The notes under the pieces were generated by a model. It saw nothing but the letters and a program-made list of their open reading frames with translations, ran no database searches and was not told the origin of the DNA. From Candidatus Altiarchaeales archaeon IMC4 (lineage in GTDB: Archaea; Altiarchaeota; Altiarchaeia; IMC4), in contig MCBF01000001.1 of assembly GCA_001742785.1 (NCBI GenBank), positions 147,335 to 182,136 on the forward strand: a stretch of DNA of 34,802 nucleotides, given 5' to 3'. Positions 16,584 through 24,635 of this stretch are shown here, piece by piece; position 1 is the stretch's first letter; the number at the start of each line of letters is the position of its first letter. The position numbers were made by a program, and so were the translations under genes.

Positions 16584-17351
16584 ATGGCATTCAAAGGTGG
16601 AAAAAGAAGGGCCCAAAGGGAGATGACGTCCGATGAACTGGCGGCTTCCTATGAGCAGATGATCGATACGTGGGTTCCAAAGACTGCGTTGGGTACCATG
16701 GTAAAAAAGAAAGAAATAACGAGCATGGGTGCCGTGATGGCATCGGGCATTCCTATCAAAGAGGCCGAGATAGTCGAAATGCTGCTTCCAAACATGAGTG
16801 AGGAAGTAATCAACGTCGGCAGGGTCCAGCGGACAACCGACTCGGGCCGAAGGATGCGCTTTCGCGTTACCGCCGCAACAGGCAATAATAACGGATATAT
16901 CGGGATCGGAATCGCAAAGGGTAAGGAGGTCGGCCCCACCATAAGGACTGCAATTAAAAGGGCTAAGATGAATATAAAGGAGATAAAGCGCGGCTGCGGA
17001 AGCTGGGAATGCGGCTGCGGAAACCCGCACACCGTCCCGTTCGACGTGGAAGGGGATTGCGGAAGCGTGAGGGTCAAGCTGTCTCCTGCCCCGAGGGGTG
17101 TCGGCCTTATCGGCAGCGAAACCGCAAAGAAGGTGCTGACCCTGGCCGGGGTAAGCGATGCGTGGGTAAAATCAAGCGGCCGCGCAAGAACAACGCTGAA
17201 TTATGCTTATGCGGTGCTTGATGCGCTGGTTAACACGAATTACATGAAACTTAATGAAACTGACAATAAAAACCTGAGCATCGTCCGCGGTGCCACATCC
17301 AAGAAAGAACTGAAAGCAGAAGATGATACAAAAGAACAAACCGCAGGGTAA
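16584..17351 (+). CDS. rps5: 30S ribosomal protein S5 (uS5), with a short acidic/lysine-rich C-terminal tail
   Basis: 255 aa (...VQRTTDSGRRMRFRVTAATGNNNGYIGIGIAKGKEV...APRGVGLIGSETAKKVLTLAGVSD). Confidence 0.92.
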   Translation: MAFKGGKRRAQREMTSDELAASYEQMIDTWVPKTALGTMVKKKEITSMGAVMASGIPIKEAEIVEMLLPNMSEEVINVGRVQRTTDSGRRMRFRVTAATGNNNGYIGIGIAKGKEVGPTIRTAIKRAKMNIKEIKRGCGSWECGCGNPHTVPFDVEGDCGSVRVKLSPAPRGVGLIGSETAKKVLTLAGVSDAWVKSSGRARTTLNYAYAVLDALVNTNYMKLNETDNKNLSIVRGATSKKELKAEDDTKEQTAG

Positions 17352-18003
17352 ACCGGAAAAGGTTTCGGAAAAGATTCTGACGAAAGCCGGGCCGAAAGCG
17401 GCGAGCGCGCCAAAAAAAGCAGTTGTTGCGGTTGCGCCCAAAGTAGAGTCTGTTGCAAAGGTTTCGAGGCAGAATGCGGACAAGCAAAATCGCACAGCGA
17501 TTTTGGTGTCCAAAAACTCAAAGAGTTTTGCGGACAAGCGAATCGCAATAATCCGCGTCAGGGGCAGCGTCCATCTTAGAAGCGGTATAGCCGACGCCAT
17601 GAAAATGCTGAACCTGAACCGCGTCAACCACTGCGTCGTGGTGGACAACCGCCCGCAGTACATGGGTATGATAAACAAGGCCAAGGACTACATAACCTTC
17701 GGCGAGATAAACGAGGAAACCGTGGCATCGCTTATTGCAAAGCGCGGCAGGCTCCCTGGAAACGTAAGGCTCGATGACGCTTACGTGAAAAATGCCACCG
17801 GCAAAGACATCGCAGGTTTTGCAGGCGCGTTCATGAAATTCGAAAAAGAGCTGAAAGACATCCCGGACATAAGCCCTGTTTTCCGCCTCAGGCCGCCGAA
17901 AAAGGGCCACGCAAGGGGCGGCATCAAGAAGCCGTGCTCTGTCGGTGGCGCTCTTGGGAACCGAAAAGAGAAGATAAACGACCTTCTGGCAAAGATGATA
18001 TAA
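17323..18003 (+). CDS. rpl30: 50S ribosomal protein L30 (uL30 / L7e-like), with an N-terminal K/A/P-rich extension of about 70 aa
   Basis: The conserved core starts at IAIIRVRGSVHLRSGIADAMKMLNLNRVNHCVVVDNRPQYMGMINKAKDYITFGE. The only ATG is 17323, which overlaps S5 by 29 nt. Starting at the alternative GTG 17506 would remove the extension. Confidence 0.85.
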   Translation: MIQKNKPQGKPEKVSEKILTKAGPKAASAPKKAVVAVAPKVESVAKVSRQNADKQNRTAILVSKNSKSFADKRIAIIRVRGSVHLRSGIADAMKMLNLNRVNHCVVVDNRPQYMGMINKAKDYITFGEINEETVASLIAKRGRLPGNVRLDDAYVKNATGKDIAGFAGAFMKFEKELKDIPDISPVFRLRPPKKGHARGGIKKPCSVGGALGNRKEKINDLLAKMI

Positions 18004-18032
18004 CCGCGGGGTATCCTGCACATTGTTTTTAT

Positions 18033-18079
18033 TTCTAAACAACCCCTGCCCTGCTGATGCTTACCGTTTCTATGGTAAA
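18033..18079. repeat. 47-bp direct repeat, copy 1: a relic duplicate of the 3' end of the Ca/Na antiporter gene. Copy 2 is 18159-18205.
   Basis: TTCTAAACAACCCCTGCCCTGCTGATGCTTACCGTTTCTATGGTAAA versus TTCTAAACAACCCCTACCCTGCCGATGCTTACCGTTTCTATGGTAAA, which is 45/47 identical. The two copies bracket element E. Confidence 0.9.
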
Positions 18080-18084
18080 TAACC

Positions 18085-18161
18085 TTTTTCTTTAGAAAAG
18101 AAAAATGTTAATGAAAAAGAAAAGGAATTCACCGAATTTCCGCAGAAATTCGCGTGAATTC
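18085..18161 (+). repeat. Hairpin-rich palindromic element, copy E (short form without HP1)
   Basis: TTTTTCTTT-aga-AAAGAAAAA (18085-18105). AAAAAGAAAAGG. Outer stem GAATTCAC (18125-18132) / GTGAATTC (18154-18161), enclosing C-[GAATTTC cgca GAAATTC]-GC. Confidence 0.7.
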
Positions 18162-19150
18162 TAAACAACCCCTACCCTGCCGATGCTTACCGTTTCTATG
18201 GTAAACATTACCAGTATGAAGAGGGTATAGAGCATTATCAGCCCGATTCCCTCCCGCCACGTCAGGCCTTCTTCCGAGCCAAGGAACGTCAGGAATATGA
18301 AGCCTGCCGTAAGCATGAAAAAGGCGCTGGTTATAAAAAGCAGGAACGAGCCCCCTGATAATTCAATCGGCGCGATTAATGCGCTTACCCCCAAAACAAC
18401 GGTGGAATTCGCAACAAGGGTGCCCAAGGTATCCCCGATTGCCATGTCCCCCCTGCCCATAAAAGCCGCCCTGACTCCGAATGTGAGCTCCGGCAGGGTG
18501 GTGCCGAACGATATGAGGAAAAGGGAGATAAGTATCAGCGGCAGCCCGATTTCTGTCGAGAACTCCTTTGCGAACCGTATGATAAAATCCGCGCTCACGA
18601 AAAGGATTGCAAGGCTCGCCAGAAGGGCAAGCACGCTCCACAATAACTGGCCCACCGACACCCCGTCCCGCCCGCCGTTTTCGTTAACCTTGCTGATCTT
18701 GCGGTCTTTCGTGATTAACCACATCGAATACCATAAAAACACCGCCAGAAGTACAATGCCGTCGATGCGCTCAAGTTTGCCGTTGAGCATTAATATTATC
18801 GGAACGGCCATTATCGCAAAGATGTGCATCGTATCCCTCATGTTTATGTTGCTTCCCGCGCCGACGCGCCTTGCAAGGAGGGCGACGATCCCCATGATCA
18901 TCGTGGCGTTTGCGACGTTTGACCCGATTACGTTGCCGATTACAATCTCTGGCGTCTTCTCTATAGCCGATGCTATGCCTATAGAAAGCTCGGGGATGGA
19001 CGTTGCAAACGCTATCAGGACAAACGATATGGCAAATCCGCTCATGTTGAAAAATATAGCAATGCGGCCAATGGACTTTACCATGACGTCCGCGCTTTTT
19101 ACCAGTACCGCGCACGAAACAAGCAGAAAAAACAGGTTTTCCAGCATCAT
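18161..19150 (-). CDS. Ca2+/Na+ antiporter (YrbG / CaCA family)
   Basis: Two alpha-repeats, GNVIGSNVANA and GDTLGTLVANSTVVLG, and multiple TM helices. Start placed at MMLENLFF, where its ATG overlaps the pyrB stop (TGATG). The ORF-track start at 19177 would overlap pyrB by 28 nt. Confidence 0.85.
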   Translation of the reverse strand: MMLENLFFLLVSCAVLVKSADVMVKSIGRIAIFFNMSGFAISFVLIAFATSIPELSIGIASAIEKTPEIVIGNVIGSNVANATMIMGIVALLARRVGAGSNINMRDTMHIFAIMAVPIILMLNGKLERIDGIVLLAVFLWYSMWLITKDRKISKVNENGGRDGVSVGQLLWSVLALLASLAILFVSADFIIRFAKEFSTEIGLPLILISLFLISFGTTLPELTFGVRAAFMGRGDMAIGDTLGTLVANSTVVLGVSALIAPIELSGGSFLLFITSAFFMLTAGFIFLTFLGSEEGLTWREGIGLIMLYTLFILVMFTIETVSIGRVGVV

Positions 19151-20073
19151 CAGAAATCCACCCCGGAAACAAGGCATAGCACCGCCATCCTTACCGGGAC
19201 GCCGTTTCTTGCCTGCTGGAAGTACTTTGCGTTTTTGGTTTCGTCAACCTCGTGCTTTATCTCGGTGACCCGCGGAAGGGCGTGCATTATTATCGCATTT
19301 TCCTTCATCATATCTGCGACGCCCAGGTCAACGACGTAGCAGTCCTTGACCTTTTCGTATTCCTGTGGGTCCGGGAAGCGCTCCCTTTGTATGCGCTGGA
19401 CATAGACTATGTCGCACCCCTGCACGTTAAGGTCTTCGCGTTCTTCGAATTTTATCTTCGATTTTTTGAGTTCCTTTGTCATATAGGCAGGTATCTTCAG
19501 GTTTTGCGGCGATATGAAGCGAAGTTCGACGTCGTACATCTTCAGGGCATCCACTAGCGAATGAATGGTCCTTCCGTACTTCAAATCCCCGACCATACAT
19601 ATATTCATACCGTCGATTTTTCCGAACTGTTTTTTTATAGTGTACAGGTCAAGAAGCGTCTGGGTCGGGTGCTGGTTCGCGCCGTCTCCGCCGTTTATTA
19701 CGGGCACGTCAACATTCTCCGACGCAAGCCTTGATGACCCCTCCACAGGGTGGCGCATCACGATCATATCCGCATACCCTGCCGCCATACGCACTGTGTC
19801 GAGCATGGTCTCGCCCTTTTCGATCGAGGTGTCAGAAACCCCGCTGAACCCGATGACCCGCCCGCCAAGGCGCAGCATCGCCGCCTCGAAAGACATTTTC
19901 GTGCGGGTCGACGGCTCGAAGAACAAGGTCGCAAGAATCTTGTCGCTCATTAGTTTTGTTGATTTGCCGGATGCGAGAAGCCCCTCCATGCGCGCGGATT
20001 TTTCGAGAACAAAATCTATTTCAGCCCTTGAGAAGTCCTTAATCGAGATGATGTGTTTTTTTGACCACTGCAT
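19150..20073 (-). CDS. pyrB: Aspartate carbamoyltransferase catalytic subunit
   Basis: Motifs: EPSTRTKMSFE, HPTQTLLDL, MHALPRV. Start moved to MQWSKKHIISIKDFSRAEI (ATG 20073), because a TATA-like box (20093-20102, minus strand) lies inside the longer ORF. Confidence 0.9.
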   Translation of the reverse strand: MQWSKKHIISIKDFSRAEIDFVLEKSARMEGLLASGKSTKLMSDKILATLFFEPSTRTKMSFEAAMLRLGGRVIGFSGVSDTSIEKGETMLDTVRMAAGYADMIVMRHPVEGSSRLASENVDVPVINGGDGANQHPTQTLLDLYTIKKQFGKIDGMNICMVGDLKYGRTIHSLVDALKMYDVELRFISPQNLKIPAYMTKELKKSKIKFEEREDLNVQGCDIVYVQRIQRERFPDPQEYEKVKDCYVVDLGVADMMKENAIIMHALPRVTEIKHEVDETKNAKYFQQARNGVPVRMAVLCLVSGVDF

Positions 20074-20092
20074 TTTTAAGATATATGCGTTG

Positions 20093-20102
20093 AAATATAA
20101 AT
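20093..20102 (-). promoter_or_regulatory. Candidate TATA box for pyrB
   Basis: The minus strand reads ATTTATATTT, about 20-25 nt upstream of ATG 20073. Confidence 0.3.
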
Positions 20103-20142
20103 CCAATTGTGGTTGTTTTTATATATGAAATTCTAATAAACC

Positions 20143-20166
20143 ATAGTTATCAAAAATGATAACTAT
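20143..20166. promoter_or_regulatory. Perfect 10-bp inverted repeat, a candidate AbiEi operator
   Basis: ATAGTTATCA-aaaa-TGATAACTAT. It lies between a TATA-like box (TTTTTATATAT, 20116-20126) and the abiEi ATG (20173). Confidence 0.45.
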
Positions 20167-20172
20167 TGCATC

Positions 20173-20886
20173 ATGAAAAAAATAGCCTTGGTGAGGGAAC
20201 TTGAAAAGTATCCTGTGTTTACCCTCGCTACCTTGCGGAGGATAATAAAAAAAGACAGGAATTACGCCAAACTGGTTATCCACAGGTTGAAGGACGAAGG
20301 GCTTGTTTTAAAAATAGAGAGAAACAGATATACCGTCCATAAGGACCCGATACTCGTGGCTTCCAACATAGTATGGCCATCATACCTGTCGTTCTGGACC
20401 GCGCTTAGATATCATAGTCTGACAGAGCAACTGCCTCAAAACATTTTTGTCATAACGCCGAGGACAAGAAAAAACAGGGATGTCGAATTCATGGGCACGA
20501 AGATATCCTTCGTAAAGGTCGGTCCGAAGTACTTTTTCGGGTTCGCGAAAGAACCGTGCCGCAACTTCACTATTTTGGTTGCACGCCCCGAAAAGGCATT
20601 GGTCGATTCGGCCCTCTTCAGGAAAATATCGTTTTCTGAGATATCAGAAATAGTAAGGGAAAACCTTGATAGAATCAGCCCTGAACTCATAGTGCAGTAC
20701 TGCCTGAAAACCAAAAACAACGCGCTGATAAAGAGGTTCGGGTTTTTGCTCGAGGCCCTCGGAGCAGATTTTCCTGAAAAGGCAGATATAAATCCGAATT
20801 ACATACCATTGGATTACGCCATGCCAAAGGAGGGAAAGAAAAACAAAAAATGGAGGATTATTGAAAACATCGAAATTGCAAAGTAA
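20173..20886 (+). CDS. abiEi: AbiEi-like antitoxin / transcriptional regulator (COG5340-type wHTH)
   Basis: 237 aa with an N-terminal winged-helix pattern (VFTLATLRRIIKKDRNYAKLVIHRLKDEGLVLKIERNRYTV). It lies 2 nt upstream of an AbiEii-type gene. Confidence 0.7.
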   Translation: MKKIALVRELEKYPVFTLATLRRIIKKDRNYAKLVIHRLKDEGLVLKIERNRYTVHKDPILVASNIVWPSYLSFWTALRYHSLTEQLPQNIFVITPRTRKNRDVEFMGTKISFVKVGPKYFFGFAKEPCRNFTILVARPEKALVDSALFRKISFSEISEIVRENLDRISPELIVQYCLKTKNNALIKRFGFLLEALGADFPEKADINPNYIPLDYAMPKEGKKNKKWRIIENIEIAK

Positions 20887-20888
20887 AA

Positions 20889-21647
20889 ATGTTGAACTAC
20901 GATGAACTTGCAGATGCTGCAAGAATGAAGCGGCTGTCATTGGTGAACGCCGAAAAAGACTACCTTCAGGACGTAGTGCTTTTGAGCATTTATTCCCATG
21001 TCGGGGATGAACTTGTATTCAAGGGCGGTACGTGCCTTTACAAGGTGTTCGGGCTGAACAGGTTCTCCGAGGATTTGGACTTCACACTTGCAGGAAAGGT
21101 CGGTGTGGATGATCTGGCAGATAAGATCGTACGCGACATCGGCCTCCTCAACATGAAAGGGGCGGTAAAGGAAACAAAAAAGTACGCAAACGAGATAAAC
21201 GTGAGGATGATTTTTAACGGGCCCCTTTACAATGGCGGTAGGGAAACCCAATGCTTCATCCCCCTTAACATAAGTCTCAGGGAGAAGCCGGTCTATGGTG
21301 CGAAAAGGGAAACCATAAAGTCAATGTACACGGAGATACCTGATTTCGATGTGTTTGCTATGCACGAGGAAGAGATATTAGCAGAAAAGGTGAGGGCGGT
21401 CATGACGCGAAACAAGCCGCGGGACGTCTATGATTTGTGGTTTTTGTTAAAGCGCGGCATGACCATTAACCGGGAGGCGGTAAACAGGAAACTTAAGCCG
21501 TACGACCTTGCCTTTGACACCGAAAAACTGCTTTTGGAAATCAAAAGGAAAAGGCAGTTGTGGAATATGGATCTGAGAAATCTGGTAATCGGAAAACTTC
21601 CGGATTTCGACGAGGTGGTGGAGCAGATTGAGGGAGGATTATACTGA
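20889..21647 (+). CDS. abiEii: AbiEii/AbiGii-family nucleotidyltransferase toxin (DUF1814)
   Basis: 252 aa with the diagnostic FKGGTCLYKVFGLNRFSEDLDFT motif. Confidence 0.8.
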   Translation: MLNYDELADAARMKRLSLVNAEKDYLQDVVLLSIYSHVGDELVFKGGTCLYKVFGLNRFSEDLDFTLAGKVGVDDLADKIVRDIGLLNMKGAVKETKKYANEINVRMIFNGPLYNGGRETQCFIPLNISLREKPVYGAKRETIKSMYTEIPDFDVFAMHEEEILAEKVRAVMTRNKPRDVYDLWFLLKRGMTINREAVNRKLKPYDLAFDTEKLLLEIKRKRQLWNMDLRNLVIGKLPDFDEVVEQIEGGLY

Positions 21648-21692
21648 TGCCGGAGGTAACTTTTATGTCAAACCGAACAATATCTTCATGTA

Positions 21693-22877
21693 ATGAAAAT
21701 CGTGCTTGCATATTCGGGCGGTCTTGACACCAGCGTTGCGATAAAGTGGCTCAAGGAAAAATATAATTCCGAGGTCGTAACCCTGACGCTTGAGGTCGGG
21801 CAGGGTGAGAAAGACCTGAAGGCGATAGAGGAAAAGGCAAAGAAAATCGGCGCGGTAAAGACCTACAGCATCGACGCCAGAGAGGAGTTCGTCGAGGACT
21901 ACGTTTTTCCAGCGATAAAGGCGAACGCCCTGTACGAAGGCAAGTATCCGGTAAGCACTGCCATCGCCCGGCCTTTGATCGCCAAGTGGATGGTTGCTAT
22001 CGCGGAAAAAGAGGGGGCCGATGCGGTAGCGCACGGCTCGACCGGCAAGGGCAACGACCAGGTTCGCTTTGACGTTTCGGTCATGGCGCTGAACCCCCTC
22101 CTTAAGATTGTCGCCCCGATGCGGGAGTGGAAACTGACACGCGACGACTCCATCGAGTACGCGAAAAAGCACGGCATCCCGGTCCCTGCGACCAAAAAAT
22201 CCCCTTACAGCACCGACGAGAATTTGTGGGGCAGAAGCTGCGAGGCGGGAATCCTCGAGAATCCGATGAACGAACCGAAGGAGGAAGCGTACGGCTGGAC
22301 GACCGCGCCCGAGGCCGCGCCGGACAAAGCGCAGTACGTAACAATCGACTTTGAAAAGGGGGTTCCGGTAAAACTGGACGGCAAGAAGATGGGCGGCGTC
22401 GAGTTAATAACGAGGCTTAATAAAATCGGGGGAACGCACGGCATCGGACGCATAGACATGATCGAGGACCGCCTCGTGGGTATAAAAAGCCGCGAGGTTT
22501 ACGAGTGCCCGGCGGCAGATATTCTTCTTACCGCGCACAAGGAGCTCGAGCGGCTTGTCCTGACGCGCGAGGAGAACCTTTTCAAGGAGATGATCGATGC
22601 AAAATGGGCGCAGATGGCGTACTTCGGGCTTTGGTACGAGCCGTTGAAAAAAGACCTTGATGCCTTCATAGAAAAGACGCAGGAAGTGGTAACCGGAACG
22701 GTAAAGATAAAGCTCTACAAGGGGAAGGCTGCGGTAGCCGGGCGCTCATCACCCAAATCCCTTTACGACGAAGGCCTTGCGACGTACAACAAGTCTGACA
22801 AGTTCGACCACCGGCAGGCCGAGGGGTTCATAAAAATCTGGGGCTTGCCGAGCATGATTGCCGGGAAGAGGAAATAG
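21693..22877 (+). CDS. argG: Argininosuccinate synthase
   Basis: 394 aa. Motifs: MKIVLAYSGGLDTSV (PP-loop), AHGSTGKGNDQVRF, GRIDMIEDRLVGIKSREVYE. Confidence 0.95.
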   Translation: MKIVLAYSGGLDTSVAIKWLKEKYNSEVVTLTLEVGQGEKDLKAIEEKAKKIGAVKTYSIDAREEFVEDYVFPAIKANALYEGKYPVSTAIARPLIAKWMVAIAEKEGADAVAHGSTGKGNDQVRFDVSVMALNPLLKIVAPMREWKLTRDDSIEYAKKHGIPVPATKKSPYSTDENLWGRSCEAGILENPMNEPKEEAYGWTTAPEAAPDKAQYVTIDFEKGVPVKLDGKKMGGVELITRLNKIGGTHGIGRIDMIEDRLVGIKSREVYECPAADILLTAHKELERLVLTREENLFKEMIDAKWAQMAYFGLWYEPLKKDLDAFIEKTQEVVTGTVKIKLYKGKAAVAGRSSPKSLYDEGLATYNKSDKFDHRQAEGFIKIWGLPSMIAGKRK

Positions 22878-24089
22878 CTACTGCCTTTTTATCAACACCC
22901 TCAGCAGCAGGGGGGTTATTATCGTCGTGACGATCGAAAGCAGGACAAATGCTGAAAAGACCGCCTCGTCGTATATCCCGAGCGTCAAGCCCATCGCCGC
23001 GATTATCAGCGCAAGTTCGTTTCTCGGAATGCACGCCGCTGCGATTATCAGCGACTCCCGGTTGCCGAACCTTGATATCTTCCCGCCTATAAAACCGCCG
23101 GTTATCTGGAATGCCAACAGCGCAAATATCAGCGCGGCTGCAAAAAGCCCGACGGATGCCAGCGACCCGAAATCAAACATCAGTCCTATATACAAAAAGA
23201 AGAACGGCACGAAGAACCCGTACGATATCCCCCGCACCCTGTGGACAACCGCGTCGGATTTTATCCTCGGAACCATTGCGATAGAGGCGCCGAAGATGAA
23301 CGCGCCGATGATCGTGCTCAAGCCGAATATGCTCGACAGGTACGCAAACGTGAAAAGAACGCCCACTATCGTCGCGAATACCGCCTCCTCGACTATCATC
23401 TTGTCCAGAACCCTTGCAAGCCGCGGGAATATGAATTTTCCACAGAGGTATATGATGAGGCAGAAAGCCGCGAGCTTCAGGATTGTCGCCGCCATCTCGG
23501 AATAAGAAACCGCCCCATGTGAGATTATCCCGTAGATTGCGGCGAAGAATGCCAGGCTCAGGAAGCTGTCAGCGACGGAGGTTGCCATAACAGCCGACCC
23601 GGCGGCGGTGGCTATGTACTTCATGTCCATGAGGGCCCTTGCGCTTACCCCGATGCTCGTTGCCGCCAGGGCGGTTCCTATTATGAGGGAGCCCTTTATT
23701 GCATTTTCCGGAAAGAGCTCGGGAGAGAAGATGTAGCCGACGATAAACCCGCCGGCAAACGGGAACGCCGCACCAAGGAGGGTTATCGGCAGCGCCCGCT
23801 TAAGGTTCGACATTATCTTGCCCATGTCCACCTTTTCAAAACCTATGGAAAACAAGAGGAATATCGCGCCGATTTCGGCAAGTATCTTGATTACGCTTTG
23901 GATCGACATGGTCTCGTCGGCTGAAGAAAGCACCACTACCCCAAGCACCGGCCCGATGAGAACCCCCAGGAGTATCTCGCCGAATATCGACGGCATCTGG
24001 ATCCTCTCGAACAATTCCCCGAGAAGTTTCACAAGAATCAGTATAAGCCCGATCTCAAGTATCAGCAGGTATATTGTTTCCGTATTCAT
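22878..24089 (-). CDS. Cation:proton antiporter (CPA / Na_H_Exchanger family)
   Basis: 403 aa polytopic membrane protein (LGELFERIQMPSIFGEILLGVLIGP). Its stop codon abuts the argG stop codon with no spacer. Confidence 0.85.
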   Translation of the reverse strand: MNTETIYLLILEIGLILILVKLLGELFERIQMPSIFGEILLGVLIGPVLGVVVLSSADETMSIQSVIKILAEIGAIFLLFSIGFEKVDMGKIMSNLKRALPITLLGAAFPFAGGFIVGYIFSPELFPENAIKGSLIIGTALAATSIGVSARALMDMKYIATAAGSAVMATSVADSFLSLAFFAAIYGIISHGAVSYSEMAATILKLAAFCLIIYLCGKFIFPRLARVLDKMIVEEAVFATIVGVLFTFAYLSSIFGLSTIIGAFIFGASIAMVPRIKSDAVVHRVRGISYGFFVPFFFLYIGLMFDFGSLASVGLFAAALIFALLAFQITGGFIGGKISRFGNRESLIIAAACIPRNELALIIAAMGLTLGIYDEAVFSAFVLLSIVTTIITPLLLRVLIKRQ

Positions 24090-24090
24090 T

Positions 24091-24585
24091 CTACTGGTGC
24101 GTCTTGTCCTGTCTTAAAATCCTCAGGATTTCTTTGATTATGTCCTTTTTCCCGACAATGCCGACAATGCGGCCATTTTCCACTATCGGGATGGTCTGTA
24201 TGTTGTTCTCGAACATCAGGTGCGCGGCCTCCTCTATCGTGTCCTCCGGGGATAGGGTTATCGCATTGTTCGAGCGTATCGCCCTTATCGTGGACTGGCC
24301 TATGAACGAACTGCATTCTACGAGTTTTGCGCCGTAACACCCGTGAAAAAGCATCAGTTTCAAGAGGTCGCTCCATGTCACTATTCCGACTATCTTGTCC
24401 TTGTTGTCAACCACCGGAAACCCCTTGTACGCATATTTTTCAAGCATGTCGGCAAAGTCCAAAAAGTTGGTTTCGTCGGTAACGCAAACCACTTCCTTGC
24501 TCATCATATCGCCGACCTTGCGCTTGCACATATCCGCAAACTTTTCGCTTGCTGCCTCAAGACATTTTTCTTCACCTTCGGCCAT
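24091..24585 (-). CDS. CBS-domain pair protein, probably a regulator co-transcribed with the antiporter
   Basis: 164 aa with two CBS repeats (...VVCVTDETNFLDFADML...GFPVVDNKDKIVGIVTWSDL / ...ITLSPEDTIEEAAHLMFENNIQTIPIVENGRIVGIVGKKDI). Its stop is 1 nt from the antiporter ATG. Confidence 0.85.
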   Translation of the reverse strand: MAEGEEKCLEAASEKFADMCKRKVGDMMSKEVVCVTDETNFLDFADMLEKYAYKGFPVVDNKDKIVGIVTWSDLLKLMLFHGCYGAKLVECSSFIGQSTIRAIRSNNAITLSPEDTIEEAAHLMFENNIQTIPIVENGRIVGIVGKKDIIKEILRILRQDKTHQ

Positions 24586-24600
24586 TTTAATCCTACGTAA

Positions 24601-24612
24601 TTAAATATATAT
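24601..24612 (+). promoter_or_regulatory. Candidate TATA box for glyS, in a divergent region shared with the CBS-antiporter operon
   Basis: TTAAATATATAT ends 23 nt before ATG 24636. This spacing is compatible with a leaderless or near-leaderless mRNA. Confidence 0.35.
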
Positions 24613-24635
24613 TGGTTTAAAGGGACTAATACAAA

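Noticed and set aside
18297-19268. 323-aa plus-strand ORF overlapping the Ca/Na antiporter and the pyrB 3' end
   Set aside because: The minus-strand product carries both CaCA alpha-repeats (GNVIGSNVAN, GDTLGTLVAN). The plus-strand product has no membrane or domain logic and crosses a gene boundary.
22858-23505. 215-aa plus-strand ORF opposite the cation/H+ antiporter. Similar cases are 30995..31648 (minus, opposite hypA/hypB) and 16341..17030 (minus, opposite L18/S5).
   Set aside because: These are shadow ORFs antisense to genes with strong family motifs.
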